Of a stretch of DNA of 38,306 nucleotides, positions 1 to 8,722 are shown piece after piece; positions within the stretch are counted from its first letter, which is position 1; each line of letters opens with the position of its first letter. This DNA comes from Candidatus Nanohalarchaeota archaeon QJJ-5. Lineage in GTDB: Archaea; Nanohalarchaeota; Nanosalinia; Nanosalinales; Nanoanaerosalinaceae. Both the position numbers and the translations under genes were made by a program. The notes beneath the pieces are model-generated. The model searched no databases. It was not told where the DNA came from and saw only the letters and a list, made by a program, of their open reading frames with translations. The stretch covers positions 1 to 38,306 of the forward strand of contig JALIDO010000002.1 in the NCBI GenBank assembly GCA_022865265.1, written 5' to 3'.

Positions 1-31
1 TGATTGATACGGTTCTCCGCGGTGATCGAGA

Positions 32-1453
32 ATGACACTGCGGGTCTATGACTCGAACGATGGCGAGAAACAGCGGTTCGAGCCGATCGATGATGACCGT
101 GTCCGGATGTATGTCTGTGGCCAGACCGTGTATGACTACATGCATATCGGGCATGGCCGTACCTACATCGCCTTCGATATCATCCGGCGCTGGCTGGAGT
201 TCAAGGGCTATGCGGTCCAGACGGTCATCAACATCACCGATGTGAATGATAAGATCAACAACCGGGCCGAGGAAGAGGACCGCGAACCACACGAGGTGGC
301 CGAAGAGTACGCCCAGATCAATCTTGAGGACTTCGAGAGTCTCGGTGTGACGGCTGATGCGTACCCGAAGGCGTCCGAATACGTGGATGAGATGATCGAG
401 ATGGTCCAGGAGCTGATAGACAACGGGCTTGCCTATGAATCAGAGGGCAATGTCTTTTTCGATGTGCATGCCTTCGAGGACTACGGCAAGCTCTCGAATC
501 AGGATCTCGAACACATCTCACCTGAGCGCGATGATATCCTCGGGATGGATGCGAAAGAGCATCCTGAGGACTTCGTGCTGTGGCGTGCACGGACACATGG
601 TCCGACATGGGACAGTCCATGGGGTGAAGGGATCCCTGGCTGGCATATCGAGTGTTCGGCCATGAGTTCTGCGCTGCTGGGGGAGCAGTTCGATATCCAC
701 GGTGGTGGCAGTGATCTGGTCTTCCCACACCATGAGGATGAGATTGCCCAGGCAGAAGGCGCAACAGGCGAGAAGCCATGGGTCAACTACTGGATGCACA
801 GTGGCCTGGTCCGGATGAAGGATGAGAAGATGTCCAAATCACTCGGAAACTTCGTCCCGACCCGTGAGCTACTCGAGGAATACGATCCAGCGGTACTGCG
901 TCTGATGATCGCGTCCACACATTACCGGAAGCCGTTCGAATACAGTGAAGAGGCTCTACAAGAGGCAAAGAACAATGTAGCCAAGCTCCGCAATGCTGTT
1001 GAGAATGTCAAGGCAGAGCTTCGTGCTGTAGACACGGTTCCGGCCAAGTATGATGCGGCCGATCATGCGGCACTGAATGCACTATACGAACACCGGGAAC
1101 AGTTCATCGATGCGATGGATGATGATTTCAACACACCGAAGGCACTCTCGCATCTCTATGCGATAGCTGAACAGGCCAACAAGTATGTTGGATCCGCTGA
1201 TCCGAAACGTCCGGTCCTGGAGAAAGCTGCACAGTTCTTACAGGAACTGGGTCAGGTCATCGGTGTGCTTGAGGATGTCGAAGTGAGCAGTGATGCTGGT
1301 CCATTCATCGATCTGCTTGTTGATGTCCGGGAACAGCTCCGTGAGAATGAGCAGTATGAACCAGCAGATATGATTCGTGATCGGTTACAGGACCACGGTG
1401 TGGTGCTTGAGGATACAGATGATGGTGGACGATGGGCCTGGGATCAGTCCTGA
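32..1453 (+). CDS. cysS: Cysteine--tRNA ligase
   Basis: 473-aa ORF with a class I aaRS HIGH-type motif (HIGHGR), KMSKS present verbatim and a WHIECS zinc/Cys-binding motif. A GGTGATC SD-like box lies just upstream of the ATG. Confidence 0.95.
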   Translation: MTLRVYDSNDGEKQRFEPIDDDRVRMYVCGQTVYDYMHIGHGRTYIAFDIIRRWLEFKGYAVQTVINITDVNDKINNRAEEEDREPHEVAEEYAQINLEDFESLGVTADAYPKASEYVDEMIEMVQELIDNGLAYESEGNVFFDVHAFEDYGKLSNQDLEHISPERDDILGMDAKEHPEDFVLWRARTHGPTWDSPWGEGIPGWHIECSAMSSALLGEQFDIHGGGSDLVFPHHEDEIAQAEGATGEKPWVNYWMHSGLVRMKDEKMSKSLGNFVPTRELLEEYDPAVLRLMIASTHYRKPFEYSEEALQEAKNNVAKLRNAVENVKAELRAVDTVPAKYDAADHAALNALYEHREQFIDAMDDDFNTPKALSHLYAIAEQANKYVGSADPKRPVLEKAAQFLQELGQVIGVLEDVEVSSDAGPFIDLLVDVREQLRENEQYEPADMIRDRLQDHGVVLEDTDDGGRWAWDQS

Positions 1454-1560
1454 TCCAGGTCTCGTTTCCGTCCATCATCTTCATCGAGGAGTTCTGCTGC
1501 TCGGTCGCCCAGGAATCCGCGTAGTTCTTTCTTCTTCTGTCGTCGTTCTTTCTCGTCCAT

Positions 1561-1977
1561 CTATATCTCCAGTGATTCGATCGTCTCTTTGAACTCGTTT
1601 GTCATCTCATCAGTAGGGGTGACGTTCACATGGCCGTCATGGGAGATGAACACGGTCACATGTTCGCCTTCGAACCCGATATCGAACAGGCCGAGGTCCA
1701 ACAGATCATGGCAGATCTCGACTGCGTCTTCTACATCGATGGCCTCTGGTGTCTCGAGATCGTATCGTTCCAGGAAGGCATCGACAGAGATCTCTAGTGC
1801 TTCATAGTACGGCAATGGCATGCGTTGTTCATCGAGGATGAGGTCGACGGTCTGTTCATCGAATCGTTCAAGGACCTGTTCGACCAGATCTGCATACTGT
1901 GTTGCCTGCGGGACCAGGAAGAGATCGACTGAGGCATAATCGCCTCTGATATTGGTATCGAGTTCGAGATTGTGCAT
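1561..1977 (-). CDS. Hypothetical acidic cytoplasmic protein (138 aa)
   Basis: Clean ORF with the acidic composition of the neighbouring genes. A TATA-like GGCTATAAAGC lies about 23 nt upstream of the ATG, which suggests a leaderless transcript. I recognise no family. Confidence 0.55.
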   Translation of the reverse strand: MHNLELDTNIRGDYASVDLFLVPQATQYADLVEQVLERFDEQTVDLILDEQRMPLPYYEALEISVDAFLERYDLETPEAIDVEDAVEICHDLLDLGLFDIGFEGEHVTVFISHDGHVNVTPTDEMTNEFKETIESLEI

Positions 1978-1981
1978 CGTA

Positions 1982-2056
1982 GGTCATGACGCGATATCCA
2001 GCTTTATAGCCTTTATGACCATGTGGCCCGGTAGAGCTTATAAGGTCATCGTGACC
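1982..2056. promoter_or_regulatory. Divergent promoter region with clustered GGTCA/TGACC palindromic elements
   Basis: GGTCATGAC (1982-1990, core GTCATGAC is palindromic), TGACC (2016-2020) and GGTCAtcgTGACC (2044-2056). Each outer palindrome sits between a TATA-like box and the start codon of one of the two divergent genes. Confidence 0.35.
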
Positions 2057-2068
2057 GATATGTGATAT

Positions 2069-2536
2069 ATGTCCGAGTGGACCAAACTACGCTATATCCT
2101 CGCGGGCTCGGAACCGAATATCCCGTTGCGTCTGGCTGCGATCGTGGCCGTGTTGGCGGATACGGTCACCACACTGTATATCCTGTATCTGTCCGATCTG
2201 CCGGTCGGTGAATTCAATCCGCTGATCTATCTGACCGAACTCGGGTTCATCGGTGATGTCTTGTTCATCAGTGTGCCGCTTTTCACGGTTCTTGCTGCCT
2301 TCTATCTGCCAGGGCTGTTCGGTGATGCTGTCGCATTGACGCTTCTGTTCATCAATGGGCTGGCTGCTGTTGTGAACTTCATCCACAGTCAAGGGCTGAT
2401 GGTCGAGGCTGTGATCGGTATACCGGTCGAGACGGTCTACCTGTTCATTATCACATTCGGGACAGGTGTTGGTGTGTTGGTCCATCTTCCGGCCCTGTAT
2501 CACCGTGATAAACAGTACGATGGGGAACAAGAATAG
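2069..2536 (+). CDS. Hypothetical integral membrane protein (about 4 TM)
   Basis: 155-aa ORF with four hydrophobic segments. A TATA-like CTTATAAG lies about 24 nt upstream of the ATG. No family recognised. Confidence 0.6.
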   Translation: MSEWTKLRYILAGSEPNIPLRLAAIVAVLADTVTTLYILYLSDLPVGEFNPLIYLTELGFIGDVLFISVPLFTVLAAFYLPGLFGDAVALTLLFINGLAAVVNFIHSQGLMVEAVIGIPVETVYLFIITFGTGVGVLVHLPALYHRDKQYDGEQE

Positions 2537-2540
2537 TTCG

Positions 2541-4544
2541 TCAGATTGAACGGTTCCGCATCAGTTGTGCATTGATGGCCACGATCACGGTGCTCATCGA
2601 CATCACGAGTGCACCGATGGCCGGAGACAGCAGGATACCGATCGGTGCCAGGACACCGGCTGCAAGTGGGATCGCAACAGCATTGTACCCGGTCGCCCAA
2701 AAGAGGTTCTGTAGCATCTTGTGGTAGGAAAGCTGGCTGAGTGCTAGCAATGACACAACATCGAGTGGATTGTTCTTGACCAAAATGATATCGGCTGATT
2801 CGACTGCAACATCGGTCCCGGAACCGATCGCGATACCGATGTCGGCCCGTGCCAGTGCTGGTGCATCATTGACACCATCACCGACCATTGCGACGGTCTT
2901 GTCCTGGTCTTGAAGTTCCTGTATCTTGCTGTCTTTATCGTCTGGTAGGACTTCTGCGAAGTATGTATCGATATCGAGATCGGCTGCTACGGCCTCGGCT
3001 ACTTCTTCACTGTCGCCGGTAAGCATCGCTACTTCGATGTCTCGTTCATGGAGCTTTTTGATCGCCTGTCTGCTTTCTTCACGGATGACATCGGCCAGTG
3101 AGATGGCAGCGATCGCTTCACCATCACGGAACAGATAGACAACAGTCTCCGCCTGGGCTGCTGCATCTTCGGCAAAGGTCTGTAAGGTGTCTGGTATCGT
3201 GAAGTCATTGTCTGCTGCGAGGTTTGGTCCACCGACATACAGGGTCTGGCCACCGATTGTGCCTTTGATGCCTTTTCCTTCGATTGCTGTGAACTCATCG
3301 ACGTCCTGATATTCGATATCGCGTTCATCGGCTGTGTTCCGTATCGCTTCGGCGATCATGTGTTCAGAATCAGCTTCTAGTGATGCGATCAGACGGAGTG
3401 CCTCATCTTCATCGATTGCTGCCGTCTCGATGCCTGTTACACCCATCTCGCCTTTGGTGAGGGTGCCTGTCTTATCGAAGACGATGGTATCAAGGTCTTT
3501 CGCCTGTTCCATGGCGATCCGATCACGGACCAAGATCCCGTTCTGTGCTGCCATCGATGTATTGATGGCAACAACCAGTGGGACAGCAAGTCCGAGGGCG
3601 TGTGGGCAGGCGATAACAAGGACAGTAACGACCCGTTCGATCACAGTGACGTTAAATCCAGTGGCTACAGTCCAGGCAAGGCCTGTCAGGATGCCGGAGG
3701 CAAGGGCGATATAGAACAACCAGCCTGCTGCCTTATCGGCCAGTAACTGTGTCTTCGATTTGGACTCTTGTGCATCCTCAACCAGACGCATGATGCCAGA
3801 AAGGGCTGTTTCATCACCGGTCGCTGTCACCTCGACCCGCAGGCTTCCGCTTTTGTTGACTGTACCACCGATGACCTCATCGCCTGGGGTCTTTGCCACT
3901 GGCTTGGATTCCCCGGTGATCATCGATTCATTGATAGATGATTCGCCCTCGATGACGGTTCCGTCTGCTGGAACTGATGCACCTGGCCGTACAAGGACAG
4001 TATCACCGTCTTCGAGTTCGCTGACAGGGATTTCTTCTGTTTCTCCGTCATCGATCACACGTTCGGCTGTTTCTGGCATCAGTTTCGCCAGTTCATCCAA
4101 TGCACCTGATGCCTGCCGGATGCTGCGCATCTCGATCCAGTGCCCGAGCAGCATGATATCGATCAGGGTTGCCAGTTCCCAGAAGAAGCTCGATTCGGTC
4201 GGGAGGAACAGGGCTGCCAGGCTGTAGACAAAGGCAACAGTGATAGCAAGTGAGATGAGCATCATCATGCCTGGCTGTCGGTCCTCGAGTTCGGAACGGG
4301 CCATCTTCAGGAACGGTATTCCGCCATAGAGAAAGATGATTGTCGAGACAACAGGTAAGATCCACTGGCTGCCGGTAAAGGTTGCAGGAGTATACCTTAG
4401 AAGGCCCGAGATGAACGGACTCATGTACAGGACCGGTATCGAGAGGACTGTCGAGATGATGAACTTACGTCTAAACATCAGTTCATGGTGCTTGTGGCCA
4501 TGATCGTCATGGCCTTTTTGGTCTTCGTCGTGATCGTGGTCCAT
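2541..4544 (-). CDS. copB: Copper-transporting P1B-type ATPase, CopB-like (P1B-3 subgroup)
   Basis: 667 aa. His-rich N-terminus (MDHDHDEDQKGHDDHGHKHH), transmembrane CPH motif (IACPHALGLAVP), DKTGTLT phosphorylation site and GDGVNDAPAL hinge. There is no CxxC HMA domain. Confidence 0.9.
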   Translation of the reverse strand: MDHDHDEDQKGHDDHGHKHHELMFRRKFIISTVLSIPVLYMSPFISGLLRYTPATFTGSQWILPVVSTIIFLYGGIPFLKMARSELEDRQPGMMMLISLAITVAFVYSLAALFLPTESSFFWELATLIDIMLLGHWIEMRSIRQASGALDELAKLMPETAERVIDDGETEEIPVSELEDGDTVLVRPGASVPADGTVIEGESSINESMITGESKPVAKTPGDEVIGGTVNKSGSLRVEVTATGDETALSGIMRLVEDAQESKSKTQLLADKAAGWLFYIALASGILTGLAWTVATGFNVTVIERVVTVLVIACPHALGLAVPLVVAINTSMAAQNGILVRDRIAMEQAKDLDTIVFDKTGTLTKGEMGVTGIETAAIDEDEALRLIASLEADSEHMIAEAIRNTADERDIEYQDVDEFTAIEGKGIKGTIGGQTLYVGGPNLAADNDFTIPDTLQTFAEDAAAQAETVVYLFRDGEAIAAISLADVIREESRQAIKKLHERDIEVAMLTGDSEEVAEAVAADLDIDTYFAEVLPDDKDSKIQELQDQDKTVAMVGDGVNDAPALARADIGIAIGSGTDVAVESADIILVKNNPLDVVSLLALSQLSYHKMLQNLFWATGYNAVAIPLAAGVLAPIGILLSPAIGALVMSMSTVIVAINAQLMRNRSI

Positions 4545-4565
4545 TATGCTGTAGCCTCTTCTCGA

Positions 4566-4835
4566 TCAGTCGAGGTATCGGCCTGTCATATCGTAGATAT
4601 AGATGCCTATCCATCCGATCATATATCCTGTGATGCCAGCACCAAGGATACCAGCACCAGCAGTCATCGGTTCGACAGTGGTGGTCGTATAGGTGGAGGA
4701 AAGGAAATGGCCGGCTTCAAGTGCATCGATAATGGTTTGACCAGCGCCAGACACAACTGCTCCAACCCATAAAGCATGTGTCAGGCCGAAAAGGATGCCG
4801 ACTGTGATGCCTGTTCGCTTTCGTTTGTCTGTCAT
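4566..4835 (-). CDS. Small membrane protein (89 aa), co-transcribed with copB
   Basis: Two to three hydrophobic segments. The start overlaps the upstream stop (ATGA-type 4-nt overlap at 4832-4835). No family recognised. Confidence 0.5.
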   Translation of the reverse strand: MTDKRKRTGITVGILFGLTHALWVGAVVSGAGQTIIDALEAGHFLSSTYTTTTVEPMTAGAGILGAGITGYMIGWIGIYIYDMTGRYLD

Positions 4836-5155
4836 TGTTGTTCTTTTTCGTTCTCCTCTTTTTGATGTTGTTCCTGTTCCGTTATTCGCTGGTACAGATA
4901 GATGATACTAAGAATGACCAGTATCCAGAGGGAGATTCCAAATAGAAGCCCGAACCAGCCCATTCCCCACATGTCATAACCCATCATGTGTGTACCGGAA
5001 TGCATCCAAGACCCATCCCCCATCATCATGCTGCTCCCGTGTGTGGTTTCATTTCCTTGATGGGCAATGACAGTAGAGCTGACCGTCAGGGCAGTGGCTG
5101 CAAGGAACAAACCGTTCCTGGCCAGGTCTTTTGCACGTCGAAGATTGTCGCTCAT
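4832..5155 (-). CDS. Met/His-rich small membrane protein, putative copper-binding
   Basis: Track ORF 4832..5458 trimmed to the internal ATG at 5155, which lies 14 nt after the upstream stop at 5169. It has a signal/TM segment, then HQGNETTHGSSMMMGDGSWMHSGTHMMGYDMWGMGW, then a second TM and a charged tail. Confidence 0.55.
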   Translation of the reverse strand: MSDNLRRAKDLARNGLFLAATALTVSSTVIAHQGNETTHGSSMMMGDGSWMHSGTHMMGYDMWGMGWFGLLFGISLWILVILSIIYLYQRITEQEQHQKEENEKEQQ

Positions 5156-5168
5156 CTGGTACACCACA

Positions 5169-5960
5169 TCAATTGTTGTCCAACAGTTCCGTGATTTCTG
5201 TTTCAAATGTACTGTACGGCTGAGCACCCTGGATCGGTGTTCCGGTGTCTGATTGGCTCTCGAAAAGGACGAACCCGGGGGTGCCGGTGATGCCTCGCTG
5301 GCGGGCCTGTTGGATATCTTGGGTGACTGTTTCGTCACTGATCTTGTCCATCGTTGTTCGAAGGGTTTCCTCATCAATACCCTCGACCTTACTCGCTGTA
5401 TCCATGATGTCTTGCATGACTGATTGTTCATTCTGCTTCCGTATCTGTTGATCGTCATGGAGCTGCGAATGGAAGGCCCAGTAGGTATCGGGATCTGTTT
5501 CCCCGACCATGTCCCATGCTGCTTCTGATGCTTTAGCCAGCGTGATAGAGTTTTGCCCCATGGTGATCAAGTTCTTGTACACGATTTTTACATCGCCGGA
5601 CTGGACGAAGGTATCCCTGAGCTGGGGGAGTGTCTGCTGTGCGAATCTGTAACAGTACATGCAATTGAAATCACCGAAGTAGACGAGTGTAACTGGAGCG
5701 TCCTGAGCACCCATTGTCCGTTCATCGGTGATATTGAGATCGCTCACTGATACGGGTTCTGTCTCTGTATCATCTTGTGAGGGTTGGTTTGGTTCTTGAT
5801 TATCTGTTGGCGCCAGTTGTTCTATATCTGGCAGTGAGCCTGGATTATTCTGTAGTGTTATAGTGCTAGCACCTCCTATAACAGTGCCGAAAGAGATACC
5901 TAGCAGGAATACTGTTGCAAATGCCAGTCGTCGTGAGATTTTGATCGGTGTGTCGCCCAT
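5169..5960 (-). CDS. Membrane-anchored DsbA-like thioredoxin-fold oxidoreductase
   Basis: N-terminal anchor (RRLAFATVFLLGISFGTVIGG), an acidic linker and a thioredoxin-fold CxxC (FGDFNCMYCYRF). The ATG at 5960 is preferred over the TTG at 5972 used by the ORF track. Confidence 0.8.
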   Translation of the reverse strand: MGDTPIKISRRLAFATVFLLGISFGTVIGGASTITLQNNPGSLPDIEQLAPTDNQEPNQPSQDDTETEPVSVSDLNITDERTMGAQDAPVTLVYFGDFNCMYCYRFAQQTLPQLRDTFVQSGDVKIVYKNLITMGQNSITLAKASEAAWDMVGETDPDTYWAFHSQLHDDQQIRKQNEQSVMQDIMDTASKVEGIDEETLRTTMDKISDETVTQDIQQARQRGITGTPGFVLFESQSDTGTPIQGAQPYSTFETEITELLDNN

Positions 5961-5971
5961 ATCAATCAACA

Positions 5972-5992
5972 ATGTATCATATTGTGATACAT
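5972..5992. promoter_or_regulatory. Perfect 8-bp inverted repeat (ATGTATCA-n5-TGATACAT), operator candidate of the dsbA-like/copB operon
   Basis: Read directly. On the minus strand the repeat lies between a TATA-like GTTTAAAAAC (5993-6002) and the ATG at 5960. Confidence 0.45.
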
Positions 5993-6009
5993 GTTTTTAA
6001 ACCTGATCG

Positions 6010-6603
6010 CTACTGGGACACCAGGCCCCATTCTTGCATGCGTTCGATTTCTCGTTGTTGGGTCGCTATCATCTGTTCTTCGAGGTCGATGAGTTCGGCA
6101 TTTTGGCCGCGCTCTGCGAATGATCGTGCCATCTGGATGCCGCCACGATGATGGGTGATCATCAATCTGGCAAAGCGTCGATCGAACTCCGCTCCGGTGC
6201 TGTTACGGAGCTGTTCCATTTCATGAGCAGAGGCCATGCCAGCCATTCGGTGGCCGTCTCGTGGTCGTTCGTATCCGAGCTGTCGTAACCAGTCGGCCAT
6301 CTTTCTGTTCTCTTCCTGTTGTGCTTGTGAGATGTTCTGTGCGAGCTGGAGTATATTTTCATTATCTGTCCTGTTCGCTGCAAGTTCGGCCATCTGGATG
6401 GCCTGGTCATGATGGATGATCATCATGCTCATGAACATGATATCGGCATTGTTGAATGATTCCTCGTTGGTATCATCGAAAGCCCCCATCTGTCCTAAGG
6501 TGTAGAGCAGTATCGTTGATGCTGTTAGAGCCACGAGAATGATGGTTATTGGTCTTCTGTAGTGTCGTATCCATGTAGTTGCATCGATGGTCATGATGAT
6601 CAC
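6010..6603 (-). CDS. DUF305-family protein (CopM-like four-helix metal-binding protein)
   Basis: N-terminal TM anchor plus two copies of the HH-helix motif (MMIIHHDQAIQMA and LMITHHRGGIQMA), which is typical of DUF305. Confidence 0.85.
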   Translation of the reverse strand: MIIMTIDATTWIRHYRRPITIILVALTASTILLYTLGQMGAFDDTNEESFNNADIMFMSMMIIHHDQAIQMAELAANRTDNENILQLAQNISQAQQEENRKMADWLRQLGYERPRDGHRMAGMASAHEMEQLRNSTGAEFDRRFARLMITHHRGGIQMARSFAERGQNAELIDLEEQMIATQQREIERMQEWGLVSQ

Positions 6604-6606
6604 ATA

Positions 6607-7128
6607 CTATGCGAGTACTTGAATGATGGTGCTGAACACGAGAAGGGATGTCAGCGTGATCAGGATTCCCTGGTAGTCGATGTGCTTGTCTCGTATCGCT
6701 GTCAGTTTCGCACTCATCGTCGGGGAAACGGTCACGATCAGTCCTCCGAGAAGAGCAGTCACTAGGGAAAGATCATACATATAGGTGTTGTGCAGGAGCG
6801 AACCGTAGCTCCCGTACCAGCCGATGAAAAGCGGTACTTGCTTGCCTATCACTGGGAGGAGAGGGATGACTGTCAAAACGAACGATGCCACGACTGTCGT
6901 GTGGTGCTGGTAGGGGATGTAGGTGCGTGGGATCTTTTTGGCAAACCAGCTCCCCATCGAAACACCCAGTGCTCCGATGAGGAGCCCGAGGACTGGTTTT
7001 GCAACACCAAGATAGGCGGCTCCTGCTGCTGCAGCACCAGCCCCTGCCGTACATAGTGGGCAGTGGGCGGCACTCATGGTGCTGAGGAAAAGGATGATGA
7101 GGGTGATGCCGGCTATGTGGAGGAACAT
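6607..7128 (-). CDS. Integral membrane protein with an N-terminal CPxC motif
   Basis: 173 aa and multi-TM. An AHCPLCTAGAG motif follows the first hydrophobic segment. The gene sits between the DUF305 and DUF411 genes with 3-nt gaps. Family not recognised. Confidence 0.6.
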   Translation of the reverse strand: MFLHIAGITLIILFLSTMSAAHCPLCTAGAGAAAAGAAYLGVAKPVLGLLIGALGVSMGSWFAKKIPRTYIPYQHHTTVVASFVLTVIPLLPVIGKQVPLFIGWYGSYGSLLHNTYMYDLSLVTALLGGLIVTVSPTMSAKLTAIRDKHIDYQGILITLTSLLVFSTIIQVLA

Positions 7129-7131
7129 CGG

Positions 7132-7632
7132 TCACACGGTCATGAATGCTTCTATGTTGCCGCTTTCGGTGAAGCTAGAGATCTGCCAGTCTCCCTGTTT
7201 TGGACCGGGCATACCAGGGCTTCCCTGTGGCATGCCAGGAAGTCCGATTCCGGAGACATCTGGTTCATTCTCTAGGAGTCGTGCGATACTCTCGACGGGA
7301 ACGTGTCCTTCGACCACGTAATCGTCGAGAACTGTCGTATGGCATGATGAAAGCTCTTCAGGAACATTGTGCTCATCTTTGATCTGATCGAGGTTGTTGA
7401 CTTCTTTCACCTCTACGTTCATTCCCTGCGATCGAGCATACTGTGCCCAGGCCCCACAGCATCCACAGTTGGGGGACTTATAGACAGTTGCATCGACATT
7501 CTGGATGATGCTGTTGGCTGTCGATGTTGTTCCTGAGGTTGTTATACCGGTAATGGCGAAAAGGGCCAGTCCGATGATGAGTGCTCCGCCGATCACATGT
7601 CTGTTCGAAAGAGTGTCAGTATTCATCTTCAC
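7132..7632 (-). CDS. DUF411 / CopG-type copper-binding protein, membrane-anchored
   Basis: Signal anchor followed by YKSPNCGCCGAW, SCHTT, VEGHVP and GLPGMPQGSPGMPG motifs, all characteristic of DUF411. The start is the GTG at 7632 or the ATG at 7626. Confidence 0.85.
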   Translation of the reverse strand: MKMNTDTLSNRHVIGGALIIGLALFAITGITTSGTTSTANSIIQNVDATVYKSPNCGCCGAWAQYARSQGMNVEVKEVNNLDQIKDEHNVPEELSSCHTTVLDDYVVEGHVPVESIARLLENEPDVSGIGLPGMPQGSPGMPGPKQGDWQISSFTESGNIEAFMTV

Positions 7633-7633
7633 G

Positions 7634-7654
7634 ATATATCTCTATATGATATAT
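7634..7654. promoter_or_regulatory. 7-bp inverted repeat (ATATATC-n7-GATATAT) in the divergent promoter of the DUF411 operon and ORF 7687
   Basis: Read directly. On the minus strand it lies between GATTTAAAAATAT (TATA-like, 7651-7663) and the DUF411 start. The region is AT-rich, so a chance match is possible. Confidence 0.35.
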
Positions 7655-7686
7655 TTTTAAATCTTCCGTAATGACCAATACACAGT

Positions 7687-8259
7687 ATGGAACGGGAAGA
7701 ACTCCATGACCGGCTCGAAAGTGATGTTGATGATCTCGATCTATCCCGGGATGAGGATCTCTCGATAGGGATTATGAATCTCATTTCGCTGGAAGAGCAT
7801 CTGTTTTTCACACATGAAAAGACAGATGATCCTGAATATCTCGAAATGCTTTCTGAAGTACGAGAGATGCGTGCAAGGTCCATGGAAGAGATTGTAAACG
7901 ATACAGAGGGCGAGGAATGGTGTATATCAAAACATTTACTTTCAGCAGCGATGCGGTTCAAAGAGACAGCCGATAAGATGCTTGATGAGGGCCGGGATGA
8001 TGCAGAGAGATTCTATGATCGAGCATTTTCCCTCTATGCGATGTTCTGGGCTATCAATTACGATATTGATGGTGAAAACGGCATTATCGAGCATACAGAT
8101 GCGGTACATGACCAGGACGAACAGGTATCGCTGACCAAGGATACGGAAGAGGTCGGGGATCAAATACGGGGAACAGATCAAGGTACTGGCAAAGGATCCT
8201 GGCTTGAAAACGCCAAGAGCGTGGTTAAGAGGGCAGTTAACTGTTGCAAGGAACTGTGA
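7687..8259 (+). CDS. Hypothetical acidic helical protein (190 aa), C-terminal CC pair
   Basis: Clean ORF with a TATA-like TTTTTAAAT about 27 nt upstream (leaderless geometry). It ends NCCKEL. Family not recognised. Confidence 0.55.
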   Translation: MEREELHDRLESDVDDLDLSRDEDLSIGIMNLISLEEHLFFTHEKTDDPEYLEMLSEVREMRARSMEEIVNDTEGEEWCISKHLLSAAMRFKETADKMLDEGRDDAERFYDRAFSLYAMFWAINYDIDGENGIIEHTDAVHDQDEQVSLTKDTEEVGDQIRGTDQGTGKGSWLENAKSVVKRAVNCCKEL

Positions 8260-8302
8260 CCACAGCCACGTTTATTAAGTCTTCTAGGAGATACAATAAT
8301 CC

Positions 8303-8707
8303 ATGGCTGAGATAGATCTATCCAACGTCAACCGGTTGTATACGGTCCTTTTGCTTGCCTCGGGTGGAAAACATGGTTACCAACTGATCAAAGAGATTGA
8401 AAACATCACGGGGACGAAACCGACCACCTCGCATATCTATCCGTTCCTCGATAAGCTGGCCGAGAAGGGTCTTGTCGAGGCTGAAAAACAGGGAAATCGT
8501 GGGAAGAAGGTCTATCATCTGACAGAGGCAGGAGAAGACCTGGTTGAAGAACAATTGAACTCATTCGGAACAATCCTGGAAGCCGCCATCGAAGGGGAAA
8601 TCGAAGAGTGCACACACTGTGGCTGTGAAATCTACAAAGGAGGATATGAGGATGCGGGTGAACTGTTCTGTTGTGAGCACTGCGCTGCGGCCAGTAAGGA
8701 GGTATAA
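8303..8707 (+). CDS. PadR-family winged-helix regulator fused to a C-terminal Cys-rich TRASH-like metal-binding module
   Basis: PadR signature (GGKHGYQLIKEI ... HIYPFLDKLAEKGLVEAE ... KKVYHLTEAGE). The C-terminus is CTHCGCEIYKGGYEDAGELFCCEHC, a C-x2-C ... C-x3-C pattern. Confidence 0.75.
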   Translation: MAEIDLSNVNRLYTVLLLASGGKHGYQLIKEIENITGTKPTTSHIYPFLDKLAEKGLVEAEKQGNRGKKVYHLTEAGEDLVEEQLNSFGTILEAAIEGEIEECTHCGCEIYKGGYEDAGELFCCEHCAAASKEV

Positions 8708-8722
8708 CGGTGTTATACCGTT
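8706..8722. terminator. Hairpin (AACGGT-gttat-ACCGTT) lying exactly between two convergent stop codons
   Basis: 6-bp stem and 5-nt loop read directly. It overlaps the padR-like TAA (8705-8707) and the msrA stop (8722-8724). Hairpins are not required for archaeal termination. Confidence 0.3.

Noticed and set aside
1444-1560. 39-aa ORF (MDEKERRRQKKKELRGFLGDRAAELLDEDDGRKRDLDQD) starting directly after the stop of ORF 1561-1977 (TAGATG).
   Set aside because: It is very short and is a highly charged low-complexity peptide. It overlaps the cysS 3' end and shows no recognisable fold or motif, so it cannot be supported from sequence alone.
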